NCBI GenBank assembly: GCA_964630705.1
Contig: CAZVZH010000002.1
Location: forward strand, 3,727 to 67,726
Direction of reading: 5' to 3'
Source: an uncultured Saprospiraceae bacterium
GTDB taxonomy: Bacteria > Bacteroidota > Bacteroidia > Chitinophagales > Saprospiraceae
DNA: 64,000 nt
Below are positions 33,942 to 43,139 of this stretch, one piece after another; within the stretch, counting starts at the first letter, position 1; each line of letters starts with the position of its first letter. The notes under the pieces were generated by a model, which searched no databases, was not told the DNA's origin, and saw only the letters and a list, made by a program, of their open reading frames with translations. A program made the position numbers and the translations under genes.

Positions 33942-35339
33942 ATGAAAGAAGTAAAAAAGTACCTGGACGACCACCAGGAACGCTTTTTGGAAGAATTACT
34001 CGAATTGTTGCGCATTCCCTCCGTTAGCGCCGATCCGAGTTTTAAAACCGATGTCGCCCGCATGGCCGAGGCTACGGCCAAACATTTGCGCCAGGTAGGG
34101 CTGGACCAAGTGGAGGTGCATACCACTCCCGGCCATCCCATAGTTTACGGTGAAAAAATGGTAGGCCCGAAAGCGCCAACTGTTCTGGTGTACGGCCATT
34201 ACGATGTGCAACCGCCCGACCCGCTCGATTTGTGGGAAAACCCGCCGTTTGAACCGGTGGTCAAAAAAACCAAACTGCACCCGCAGGGCGCCATTTTTGC
34301 CCGGGGCGCATGCGACGACAAAGGCCAGTTTTTTATGCACGTCAAAGCATTTGAAGCCATGCTGCAAAACAATGCCCTGCCCTGCAATGTCAAATTTATG
34401 ATCGAAGGCGAGGAAGAGGTTGGCTCCAAGCACTTGGAGCAGTTTTGCAAAGCCAATAAGAAAAAACTTGCCTGCGATGTCGTCCTGATTTCCGATACCA
34501 GCATCATCGCCAACAATACGCCCAGTCTCACCGTCGGCTTGCGCGGCTTGGCCTATATGGAAGTCGAAGTAACCGGCCCAAATAAAGACCTCCACTCCGG
34601 CGTTTACGGCGGCGCAGTGGCCAATCCGGCCAATGTACTGTGCCAAATGATCGCTTCCTTGCACGACAAAAAACACCGCGTTACTGTCAAAGGCTTTTAC
34701 GACGATGTTAAAAAGCACAACAACAAGGAGCGCAAACGAATCAACGAGGCGCCTTTTAATGAAAAATCCTACATGAAAGAACTCGGCGTCCAGGGCCTTC
34801 TGGGCGAAGACGGCTATTCTACGATCGAACGCACGGGCATTCGCCCGACCCTGGACGTGAACGGTATCTGGGGCGGCTATACCGGCGAAGGCGCCAAAAC
34901 TGTGCTTCCGTCAAAAGCCAGCGCAAAAATTTCGATGCGCCTGGTGCCGGACCAAAACCCGAAGAAAATCGAGAAACTTTTTCAAAAACATTTCGAGAGC
35001 CTGGCGCCCAAGTCCGTATCAGTGCGCGTTACGGCCTTGCACGGCGGATACCCGGTCGTTACGCCAACCGACTCCATCGAGTACAAAGCCGCAGAAAAGG
35101 CCATGGAAGCCACTTTCGGGAAAAAACCGCTTCCGCAGCATGGCGGCGGCAGTATTCCGATCGTAGCCATGTTCGATCAGGTGCTCGATGCCCGTTCGGT
35201 GCTCATGGGTTTTGGCCTGGACTCCGACGATATCCACTCGCCCAACGAACACTACGGCCTGTTCAATTTTTACAAAGGCATCGAAACTATCCCGTATTTC
35301 TACCAACATTATGCTGCGCTTAAAAGCAAAGGCAAATAA
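33942..35339 (+). CDS. M20-family dipeptidase
   Basis: LLRIPSVSAD, YGHYDVQP, RGACDDKGQ, EGEEEVGS, SPNEH motifs. Start moved to the ATG at 33942. Confidence 0.85.
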   Translation: MKEVKKYLDDHQERFLEELLELLRIPSVSADPSFKTDVARMAEATAKHLRQVGLDQVEVHTTPGHPIVYGEKMVGPKAPTVLVYGHYDVQPPDPLDLWENPPFEPVVKKTKLHPQGAIFARGACDDKGQFFMHVKAFEAMLQNNALPCNVKFMIEGEEEVGSKHLEQFCKANKKKLACDVVLISDTSIIANNTPSLTVGLRGLAYMEVEVTGPNKDLHSGVYGGAVANPANVLCQMIASLHDKKHRVTVKGFYDDVKKHNNKERKRINEAPFNEKSYMKELGVQGLLGEDGYSTIERTGIRPTLDVNGIWGGYTGEGAKTVLPSKASAKISMRLVPDQNPKKIEKLFQKHFESLAPKSVSVRVTALHGGYPVVTPTDSIEYKAAEKAMEATFGKKPLPQHGGGSIPIVAMFDQVLDARSVLMGFGLDSDDIHSPNEHYGLFNFYKGIETIPYFYQHYAALKSKGK

Positions 35340-35380
35340 TTTCTCCTAACAACATTTGGTTATCAATTTTTTAAAGAAAA

Positions 35381-36076
35381 ATGAAAAAAGCAGTTTTATT
35401 TTTTTGCATCAGTTCGCTCGCCCTCACGCTTCCGGCTCAGGCGCCCTTGAAAAATGCTCAGGACAGCGCCAGCTACGCCTTCGGGGTGTTGATCGGGAAA
35501 AATTTGCAGCGCCAGTTGCCAACCGAATTGAACATGGACCTGGTCATGCAAGCCATGTCGGCAGCGATCAAAAACCAGCCGCTGCTCTTCGACCAGCAAA
35601 AAGCCTCTGAAGTGTTCAGCCAGTTCAACGAACAAATGCAGGCTGAAGCCGAAGCCCAAAGCAAAGTAGAAGGCGAAAAGAACAAAGCCTCCGGAGAACA
35701 ATTCCTGGCTGAAAACAAAAAACGCCAGGGCGTTACCACCACCGCCAGCGGCCTTCAATATGAAGTGTTGAAGCGCGGTACCGGTACCGTTTCACCCAAA
35801 GCTACCGACAAAGTAAAAGTGCATTACCACGGCACCAATATCGACGGCTCGGTTTTCGACAGCAGCGTAGAACGCGGCGAAACGATTACTTTCGGCCTCA
35901 ATCAGGTGATCTCCGGCTGGACGGAAGGCTTGCAACTCATGAAAGTTGGCGACAAATTCAAGTTTTACATCCCCGCCAACCTGGCCTACGGCGACCGTAG
36001 CCCCAGCCCGGCCATCAAACCCAACGCAACCTTAATTTTTGAAGTTGAGCTCTTCGATATCAACCCGAAAGAGTAA
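35381..36076 (+). CDS. FKBP-type peptidyl-prolyl cis-trans isomerase (FkpA/Mip-like, secreted)
   Basis: Signal peptide. C-terminal FKBP domain VHYHGTNIDGSVFDSS...VISGWTEGLQLMKVGDKFKFYIPANLAYG. Confidence 0.9.
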   Translation: MKKAVLFFCISSLALTLPAQAPLKNAQDSASYAFGVLIGKNLQRQLPTELNMDLVMQAMSAAIKNQPLLFDQQKASEVFSQFNEQMQAEAEAQSKVEGEKNKASGEQFLAENKKRQGVTTTASGLQYEVLKRGTGTVSPKATDKVKVHYHGTNIDGSVFDSSVERGETITFGLNQVISGWTEGLQLMKVGDKFKFYIPANLAYGDRSPSPAIKPNATLIFEVELFDINPKE

Positions 36077-36098
36077 GCTGCAATACCGGGTACTGGCC

Positions 36099-36713
36099 AT
36101 GCTCCTGGTATACGGCCTGCTCAGCTACTTGGGCGGATCGCTCGGGCGCATGGTCCTGTACCCGGTAACGCTTTTGGTTACTTTTCTGCACGAATTCGGC
36201 CACGCCCTCGGCGCGCTGCTTACCGGTGGCAGTGTCGCCGGGATGCAAATCAACCCCGACGGCAGCGGATACACCCTCACGCGCGGCGGCAGCCAGGCTG
36301 TTGTGTTGATGGGGGGCTACCTCGGCAGCGCGATTTTGGGCAACCTCCTTTTTCGCATCGGCGCGCAACACCGCCGACTGACGCACCATACCTTGCTGGT
36401 ACTGGCCGGTTTGATGGTGCTGGCCGGACTGATTTGGTTCCAATCGTTCACCAGCACCGGACTTTTGATCGGCTTCGGTTGCGTACTCGGCGCTATTGCC
36501 TTGAAAACCAATTGGGATCAGGACGTTTTGATGTTTCTGGGCTTGGCGGCGGTATTGTATATTATTCAGGACTTCAACGTCGGCCCTAAAAGCGACCTGG
36601 CCCGCTACGAACAGGTGGTCGGCGTGCTGCCCTCGCAACTTTGGATGTATATCTGGCTGGCCCTTGCAGGGCTGTTGTTTTTCTGGAATTTGAAGGATAT
36701 GTTCAAACGCTAA
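36099..36713 (+). CDS. M50-like (site-2-protease-like) integral membrane metallopeptidase
   Basis: HEFGHALGA zinc motif within a polytopic membrane protein. Start uncertain (36039 or 36099). Confidence 0.7.
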   Translation: MLLVYGLLSYLGGSLGRMVLYPVTLLVTFLHEFGHALGALLTGGSVAGMQINPDGSGYTLTRGGSQAVVLMGGYLGSAILGNLLFRIGAQHRRLTHHTLLVLAGLMVLAGLIWFQSFTSTGLLIGFGCVLGAIALKTNWDQDVLMFLGLAAVLYIIQDFNVGPKSDLARYEQVVGVLPSQLWMYIWLALAGLLFFWNLKDMFKR

Positions 36714-36722
36714 ATACCGGCT

Positions 36723-37727
36723 ATGGTGTCCGACAAATTTTCGTTGCAACGCGCAACTACTCTGGTGCTTCTTTACATGTTTTTCGCTTTCGGTTGGTGG
36801 GCCTATCAGCTGTGGCAGGAAAATGACCGGGCTTTTGACTTGGCCTATGAACTACTCGAGTTGCAACACGGCGGCCCCAACCGCGGCGTCAACCTTACCG
36901 AACTCCAGGCTACAACCGAATACCAAAACCTGGTGAGCCGGCAGGAACGCCGCAGGCGCATGGTGCTCGCCGAGGGTATTTTTTTTACCTTTTGCCTGGC
37001 ATTCGGGCTTTATGTGATCAACCGGGCAGCAAAACGGGAAATGGAATTGTCGCGCCAGCGCCGCAATTTTCTGCTCAGTATCACCCACGAACTAAAGTCC
37101 CCCATTGCTGCCATTCGCCTTATTTTGGAAACGCTGCAACGACGCCAGCTCCAACCCGACCAGCTCCAAAAACTTTATAACAACGGCATGCGCGACGCCA
37201 ACCGCCTCCAAAACCTGGTAGAAAGCCTGCTCCTCGCCGCCCGGCTCGACGACAACTGGCGCCCTGCTCCCGAACCCATTCAACTGCCTGAAATTGCCCT
37301 GGAAATTATCCATAGCCTCAAATTGCGCTTCCCGGATGCCGAATTTCAAACCGATTTTCCAGCCGACTTGCCCCCTGTTCTGGCCGATAAATCCGGAATG
37401 ACGGCTGCGTTGCAAAATTTACTCGAAAACGCAGTCAAGTATTCAAAACCCCAAGCACGGGTCAGGCTAAGCATCGTCCGGGAAAATCAAAAAAACATTG
37501 TCCGGGTGGCCGACCAGGGCATTGGAATTCCCAACTCCGAGCGCGCCCATGTTTTTGAAAAATTCTACCGCATCGGCAACGAAGATACCCGTCAAACTAC
37601 CGGCACAGGCCTTGGCCTGTACATTGTCAAACAAGTGGTGGAAGCTCACCGCGGCCGCATCCAAATTCACGACAACAAACCGCAGGGCACTGTTTTTACC
37701 ATTGAACTTCCCGCTGGCGAATCATGA
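36723..37727 (+). CDS. sensor histidine kinase (2 TM, HisKA, HATPase_c)
   Basis: H-box SITHELKSPIA, N-box LENAVKY, G-boxes DQGIGI and GTGLGL. No cognate response regulator adjacent. Confidence 0.85.
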   Translation: MVSDKFSLQRATTLVLLYMFFAFGWWAYQLWQENDRAFDLAYELLELQHGGPNRGVNLTELQATTEYQNLVSRQERRRRMVLAEGIFFTFCLAFGLYVINRAAKREMELSRQRRNFLLSITHELKSPIAAIRLILETLQRRQLQPDQLQKLYNNGMRDANRLQNLVESLLLAARLDDNWRPAPEPIQLPEIALEIIHSLKLRFPDAEFQTDFPADLPPVLADKSGMTAALQNLLENAVKYSKPQARVRLSIVRENQKNIVRVADQGIGIPNSERAHVFEKFYRIGNEDTRQTTGTGLGLYIVKQVVEAHRGRIQIHDNKPQGTVFTIELPAGES

Positions 37728-38560
37728 CGAAAAAGGAGGCGCAAACGCTCCTGATCGAGCACCTCACCCCGCGGTACGGCGCCGGAGAAGCGTCCAGTAT
37801 TGCCCGCATCGTGTTTGAAGATGTGTTCCCCAACTGGGCAGATGCCATGATCGACCGCTTTGGGGCAATTCTGCGCCGCCTGGAAACAGGCGAACCCGTT
37901 CAATACGTGCTCGGTCAGGCAGATTTTTTCGGATTAAAATTTCAGGTAAATGCTTCCGTACTGATTCCCCGGCAGGAAACCGAAGAACTCGTAGCCTGGG
38001 CCTTGGCCTGGCTGCGACAGCACCAGATTCCCGCGCCAACCGTGGCCGATATCGGCCTGGGAAGCGGCTGTATCGCCATTGCGCTCAAGGTGAAACGGCG
38101 CATGATCCGGATTTTTGGACTGGAAAAAAGTCCGGAGGCCCTGGAACTCGCCAGCACGAACGCCGCCAATCTGCTGGGGGCGAATGATTTTTCCTTTTTT
38201 CAGGGCGATATTTTGGACGAATCGTCCTGGGAGCTCTTTCCCGAACTCGACCTGGTTATCAGCAACCCGCCCTACATTCCGCACGCCGAGCAAGCCCAAA
38301 TGCCCGAACACGTACTGAATTGGGAGCCCCGGCTCGCTTTGTTTGTGGAAGACGACGACCCGCTTCTTTTTTACCGGATACTGGCCAAATTCGCCAAGAA
38401 AAAACTACGGCCAGACGGCGCCCTGTTTTTGGAGTGTAATGAATTCAATGCCCGGGCGGTCGTCCAACTTTTAAGCAGCCTGGGCTTTGCCGATGTGGAA
38501 TTGCGGCAGGATATCAGCAGCGCCGACCGTATGATTCGGGCACAGGGCTTCCATTCCTGA
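37724..38560 (+). CDS. prmC: release factor glutamine N5-methyltransferase
   Basis: QYVLGQADFFGLKFQV, DIGLGSGCIA, SNPPY motifs. Overlaps the kinase stop by 4 nt. Confidence 0.85.
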   Translation: MTKKEAQTLLIEHLTPRYGAGEASSIARIVFEDVFPNWADAMIDRFGAILRRLETGEPVQYVLGQADFFGLKFQVNASVLIPRQETEELVAWALAWLRQHQIPAPTVADIGLGSGCIAIALKVKRRMIRIFGLEKSPEALELASTNAANLLGANDFSFFQGDILDESSWELFPELDLVISNPPYIPHAEQAQMPEHVLNWEPRLALFVEDDDPLLFYRILAKFAKKKLRPDGALFLECNEFNARAVVQLLSSLGFADVELRQDISSADRMIRAQGFHS

Positions 38561-38608
38561 GCCGGCCAGCCCTTCACTTTCTCGCCGCCTGCGCCGTACC
38601 TTCGCCGC

Positions 38609-39757
38609 ATGTTTGATCCTTCCAAAAAAATTGGCGTACTCGGCGGCGGCCAGCTGGGTAAAATGCTGTGCCTGGCCGCTGCAAACTGGGATTTCAAGAT
38701 CTGCGTGCTCGACGCTCGTCCCAATTATCCGGCCGGCGCAGTATGTGCCGAATTCACCACCGGCGATTTCAACAACTACGACGATGTGCTGGCCTTCGGG
38801 CAAGACAAAGACGTGCTGACCATCGAAATCGAGCATGTCAATACCCAAGCCCTGCGCGACCTGGAACAAGCCGGGAAAAAGATTTTTCCGGCGCCTGCCT
38901 TGCTCGACATTATTAAAGATAAAGGCCGGCAAAAGGCGTTTTACCGCGAACATGGCATTCCAACGGCTGATTTCCAATTGTTTAAAGATGAAAAAGCCTT
39001 GGAAAAAGCCCTCGAGAAGGGCGATTGGCCGTACCCTTTGGTGCAAAAAACCCGCACTGCAGGATACGATGGCCGAGGGGTTTCCGTACTTCGATCTGCC
39101 GGCGATTTACCCGAAAAATTACTTTCCGGACCCTGCCTGGCCGAGCACTTGGTGCCGGTCCGAACCGAGTTGGCCGTCATAGTAGCGCGCAACGAACGCG
39201 ACGAAGTAGCGGTTTACCCGCCGGTGGAAATGGACTTTCACCCGGAAGCCAATTTGGTGGAGTTCCTGATCTGTCCGGCGCGCGTGCCAGCGCTGGTTGC
39301 CGCCCGGGCGGAAGCCTTGGCGGAGCGCGTAATCCGCGCTTTTGATCTGTACGGCTTGCTTGCCGTGGAAATGTTTTGGACCGAATCCGGTGAGTTGTTG
39401 GTCAACGAGGTGGCGCCCCGCCCGCACAACAGCGGCCACCACACGATCGACAGCGCAGCCACCAGCCAGTTTCAACAACACCTGCGCGCTATTTGCAACC
39501 TTCCATTGGGCGATACGCAACAACTGCAACCCGCCGTAATGGTCAACCTGCTGGGCGAACCGGAGCACTCCGGCCCGGTCCGGTACGAAGGCGTCGAAGC
39601 CAGCCTGGCGATCCCAGGCGTGCACGTGCATTTGTACGGCAAAACGGTAACTTCGCCCTACCGAAAAATGGGGCACGTCACCGTCACCGCGCCAAGGCTC
39701 GAAACGGCACTGGAAAATGCCCGCCGGGTCAAAGAAATTCTGAAAGTGGTCAGCTAA
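38609..39757 (+). CDS. purK: 5-(carboxyamino)imidazole ribonucleotide synthase
   Basis: ATP-grasp: GVLGGGQLG, ENEVAPRPHNSGH-like NEVAPRPHNSGHHT, GKTV..YRKMGHV. Confidence 0.9.
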   Translation: MFDPSKKIGVLGGGQLGKMLCLAAANWDFKICVLDARPNYPAGAVCAEFTTGDFNNYDDVLAFGQDKDVLTIEIEHVNTQALRDLEQAGKKIFPAPALLDIIKDKGRQKAFYREHGIPTADFQLFKDEKALEKALEKGDWPYPLVQKTRTAGYDGRGVSVLRSAGDLPEKLLSGPCLAEHLVPVRTELAVIVARNERDEVAVYPPVEMDFHPEANLVEFLICPARVPALVAARAEALAERVIRAFDLYGLLAVEMFWTESGELLVNEVAPRPHNSGHHTIDSAATSQFQQHLRAICNLPLGDTQQLQPAVMVNLLGEPEHSGPVRYEGVEASLAIPGVHVHLYGKTVTSPYRKMGHVTVTAPRLETALENARRVKEILKVVS

Positions 39758-39780
39758 TATTGTAGAAAAATCAAGCGACT

Positions 39781-40263
39781 ATGGTAGCAATCATCATGGG
39801 CTCCGATTCCGATTTGCCGGTCATGCAAAAAGCCGCCGATGTTCTTTCGACGCTGCAAGTGCCGTTCGAAATGACGATCGTTTCCGCCCACCGTACCCCG
39901 CAGCGCATGTTTGAGTTTGCGGGTAGCGCGCGCGCGCGGGGCATCCGGGTGATTATCGCCGGCGCAGGCGGCGCGGCGCACTTGCCGGGCATGGTGGCGG
40001 CGATCAGCCCGCTTCCGGTGATCGGCGTTCCGGTGAAATCCAGCAATTCCCTCGACGGTTGGGACAGTATTTTGTCTATCCTGCAAATGCCGGAGGGGGT
40101 GCCTGTGGCCACGGTTGCGCTCAATGCGGCGCGCAACGCCGGTATCTTGGCCGCTCAAATCCTGGGCGCTGCCGACCCCGCCGTTTTGGACCGGGTGGCG
40201 GCGTATAAAAAATCGCTGGAACAAACCGTGCTGGAAAAAGCCCGGAAAATGGAACAGGAGTAA
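39781..40263 (+). CDS. purE: N5-CAIR mutase
   Basis: [29 protein letters not shown] motifs. Confidence 0.92.
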   Translation: MVAIIMGSDSDLPVMQKAADVLSTLQVPFEMTIVSAHRTPQRMFEFAGSARARGIRVIIAGAGGAAHLPGMVAAISPLPVIGVPVKSSNSLDGWDSILSILQMPEGVPVATVALNAARNAGILAAQILGAADPAVLDRVAAYKKSLEQTVLEKARKMEQE

Positions 40264-40267
40264 ATTT

Positions 40268-41794
40268 CTACTTCGGCAACAGTTTTTTTACCTCCGTTAC
40301 GATATCATTGTAGGCTGCGTCGCTGTTGGGGAAATCCGACACCGTACGATTCATGGTCGGCAGCGAGCGCAGTTTTTCCAGGCCGGTGCCGTCGATGTCG
40401 AGTTTTTCGATATGTACGGGTATGACCCGTTTCCCAGCTCCCATGGCGCTCAAAAGGAGATGAAACCAGGTTTCCTCGTTGAACAGGTTGGGCGTGATCA
40501 GCACCATGATGTAATCGGCCGAAGCCAGTTCGGCTTCAGCGCGCGCTTTTACATCCTCACCGGCAGGCGCTTCGTGCACATTGTAAATCTGAATTTTTTT
40601 AGTCGCCTTCAGAATGAACAAGTGCCGGTTGAATACCTGGCAGTGCGGCGTGTCCTGCACATCGTACACCACCACAAATTTGGGCACGGCATTGGCGGCG
40701 GGTGGCGCCGGCGTGGGGGCGGGCGCTTGTGCGGATTCTGTTCCGCCGGAACTTGCTGCGGGCGCCGGATTCGTTCTGGGTGCGGCTGTTTTTCCTAAAA
40801 CCTGAAAAATATCGCGAAACAACACCCCCCGGTTAGCGCCTTTCCGGTCGCCTTTGGCATTGATCTGTAAGCCGCCCTCGGCTTCGGTTTTGCCGGCGTG
40901 GTGGATGGCGATCACCTTCCAGTCTTTGTTGAACACCGGAGCGCCGCTGCTGCCCGGTTCGGTATCGGTCGTGTAGTACACGTGTTGGTTCCACACGCTG
41001 AGCACTTCGTTGGCGTTGAGGGCAATTTGTTTGTCCTGACCTTTCGGGTGCTGGATGATCGTCACCGGCTCGCCAACGGTAGGAATGGCGCTGGGGTCGA
41101 ACTGGACGAAGCCCCACTGGCGGAGCGGCGTTTGCGGGTTGTCAATGATTTTTACCCGGCAAAAATCAAACTGGTCGGGCGTGCTGGTTTGAAAATCGGA
41201 GGGGTCCAATTGGTACGAGGTCCGGGTTTTGGTATTTCCGGCTGCGTCCATTTCATAGTTGAATTCAATCCGGGCGTCGCGGGCCACATCTGCCGAAGGG
41301 ATCACGTGGTTGTTGGTAAACAGATACCCGTCTTCTGTGAGAAATCCGCTGCCCAATTCGCCGTCGGCGCACACCACCCGGCAAACGGCCTTCGATGCCT
41401 GAAGGGCTTTTTCCAGCCAATTTATTTTAAGCAGGTTATTCTGCGGGCCGATAATTTTTTCCAAACGGGCTTCATCGGGCACCTGGAATTGAAAGGTGGT
41501 CAGGCTTCGAATTTGCGCGTCGCGGTCGATGCGGCGGGGCACCTCTTTCATCAATTCCAGCAGGCCGAAACAAGTGCGCGCCGAGATGCGGGAATACTCT
41601 TCGAAGCTGATCATGCCCCGTTGGAACATTTTGCTGGCCTCTTTGAAATTGCCCGATTGTAAAATGATGTCCTGCCGCAAGCCCGCTTGCGCCTGCTTGT
41701 CGAGTTCGAGCAGGGCGTCGAGGGCTTTTTCCACCTCTTTGTCGGCGAGGAGGCCTTCAATGGTTTGCAGGTATACGAGTTGAGCGTTTTGCAT
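40268..41794 (-). CDS. three-module predicted conflict effector: N-terminal helical adaptor-like domain, trypsin-fold serine protease, TIR-like domain
   Basis: aa 1-85 helical. Protease triad candidates are His in FTNNHVIP, Asp in QFDFCRVKI and Ser in TEPGSSGAPVF. P/A-rich linker. C-terminal KFVVVYDVQD...AGEDVKARAEAELASADYIMVLITPNLFNEETW...KRVIPVHIEKLD matches the TIR_2 pattern. Confidence 0.75.
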   Translation of the reverse strand: MQNAQLVYLQTIEGLLADKEVEKALDALLELDKQAQAGLRQDIILQSGNFKEASKMFQRGMISFEEYSRISARTCFGLLELMKEVPRRIDRDAQIRSLTTFQFQVPDEARLEKIIGPQNNLLKINWLEKALQASKAVCRVVCADGELGSGFLTEDGYLFTNNHVIPSADVARDARIEFNYEMDAAGNTKTRTSYQLDPSDFQTSTPDQFDFCRVKIIDNPQTPLRQWGFVQFDPSAIPTVGEPVTIIQHPKGQDKQIALNANEVLSVWNQHVYYTTDTEPGSSGAPVFNKDWKVIAIHHAGKTEAEGGLQINAKGDRKGANRGVLFRDIFQVLGKTAAPRTNPAPAASSGGTESAQAPAPTPAPPAANAVPKFVVVYDVQDTPHCQVFNRHLFILKATKKIQIYNVHEAPAGEDVKARAEAELASADYIMVLITPNLFNEETWFHLLLSAMGAGKRVIPVHIEKLDIDGTGLEKLRSLPTMNRTVSDFPNSDAAYNDIVTEVKKLLPK

Positions 41795-41834
41795 GAAATT
41801 ACTTGGTTTTTAGTCTGTTCGGTGGCGGGCGCGT

Positions 41835-42347
41835 TTACACCAGGCGCCGGTGCCAGCTTTGCGAAAAAGGCAGCAGCCATTTTTCCTGGAGTTCCAGTTT
41901 GTTTTGCACCAGGGTGTTGACCATGAGCGTGTCGGCTGTGATGGTTTTTTCGGCAAGATGCCGGCTGAGCTCTTCCCGGCCTGCAAATTGAAGTTTGCTT
42001 TCGTGCACCCAGGCAAAGCGCATGCGTTCGAAAAAATCGATATTCAGCTGGTGCCCCAGCGCTTCGAGGAAATGTACGGACTTGTCGATGGAGCAGCCGC
42101 TGGCGCCGGCTTGCGTTTCGTCGACCATGAGGACAACAAACTGGTTTTCAAAAATTTCTGCAGTGGCCTTCAACGCCTGGTTGTGCGCTGTCCATTGTCG
42201 CACAAAGTGCGCGAGCGCCTGTTCGGCCACTTCCTTTTCTTCGGCATTGAGCGGCCGGCTGATCGTATACACCCAAACACGGGATTGGGGAGCATAACCG
42301 GCAGCGGAGGCCAGGCTGGGGGTCAGTGAAGTTGGCGTACTGGTCAT
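41835..42347 (-). CDS. conserved hypothetical protein
   Basis: 170-aa ORF whose start overlaps the upstream gene's stop by 4 nt. No catalytic motif recognised. Confidence 0.55.
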   Translation of the reverse strand: MTSTPTSLTPSLASAAGYAPQSRVWVYTISRPLNAEEKEVAEQALAHFVRQWTAHNQALKATAEIFENQFVVLMVDETQAGASGCSIDKSVHFLEALGHQLNIDFFERMRFAWVHESKLQFAGREELSRHLAEKTITADTLMVNTLVQNKLELQEKWLLPFSQSWHRRLV

Positions 42348-43126
42348 GATTTAATATTGTTCAAAATTAACTCCGAGAGGTCGAACACCATGACCTGCTC
42401 GTTCTTTTCCTTGGCTTTCAAGCCGTCTTGCAGCATGGTGATGCAAAACGGGCAATTGGCCGCGACAGTTGGCGCGCCGGTGCTCAGCGCCTCCTCGACG
42501 CGTTCAGTATTGATGCGTTTGTCGCCGGGCTCGTCTTCTTTCCACATTTGCGCGCCCCCGGCCCCGCAGCAGAGGCCGTTCTTCCGGGAGCGTTTCATTT
42601 CCACCAGATCGGCGTCGAGGGCTTCGAGCAAAGCCCGCGGGGCTTCGTACACCTCGTTGGCGCGGCCCAGGTAGCAGGAGTCGTGGTAGGTAATGCGTTT
42701 TCCTTTAAATGCGCCGCCTTCGCGGAGTTTCAGCCGGCCGGTTTGAATCAGTTCTTGAAGCAGTTGGGTGTGGTGCACCACCTCGTAGTTGCCGCCGAGT
42801 TCGGGGTATTCGTTTTTTAAAATATTGAAACAGTGCGGGCAGGCCGTGACGATTTTTTGGACGCCGTACAGGTTCAGCGTTTCGATGTTCATCATGGCCG
42901 TCAGTTGAAAAAGGAACTCGTTGCCGGCCCGCCGGGCGGGGTCGCCGGTGCAGCGTTCTTCCTGGCCCAGGATGGCAAATTCGACGCCGGCCAGTTGTAA
43001 AATTTCGCAGAGCGCCTGCGTCACCTTTTGCGCGCGGGCATCGAAAGAGCCGGCGCAGCCGACCCAGAAAAGGATTTCCGGACTTTTTCCTTCCGATTGA
43101 TATTCAGCGTATGTTTTTGCGAGCAT
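42344..43126 (-). CDS. (Fe-S)-binding protein with two cysteine-rich CCG domains (HdrD/GlpC/LutA-like)
   Basis: WVGCAGSFD, TACPHCFN, YHDSCYLGR, LCCGAGG, ANCPFC motifs. Start moved to the ATG at 43126. Confidence 0.8.
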   Translation of the reverse strand: MLAKTYAEYQSEGKSPEILFWVGCAGSFDARAQKVTQALCEILQLAGVEFAILGQEERCTGDPARRAGNEFLFQLTAMMNIETLNLYGVQKIVTACPHCFNILKNEYPELGGNYEVVHHTQLLQELIQTGRLKLREGGAFKGKRITYHDSCYLGRANEVYEAPRALLEALDADLVEMKRSRKNGLCCGAGGAQMWKEDEPGDKRINTERVEEALSTGAPTVAANCPFCITMLQDGLKAKEKNEQVMVFDLSELILNNIKS

Positions 43127-43139
43127 GCAAATAATGTGT

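Noticed and set aside
38597-38604. TACCTTCG as a -7 promoter box for purK.
   Set aside because: It ends only 4 nt before the ATG, so a transcript initiated from it would start within or beyond the start codon.
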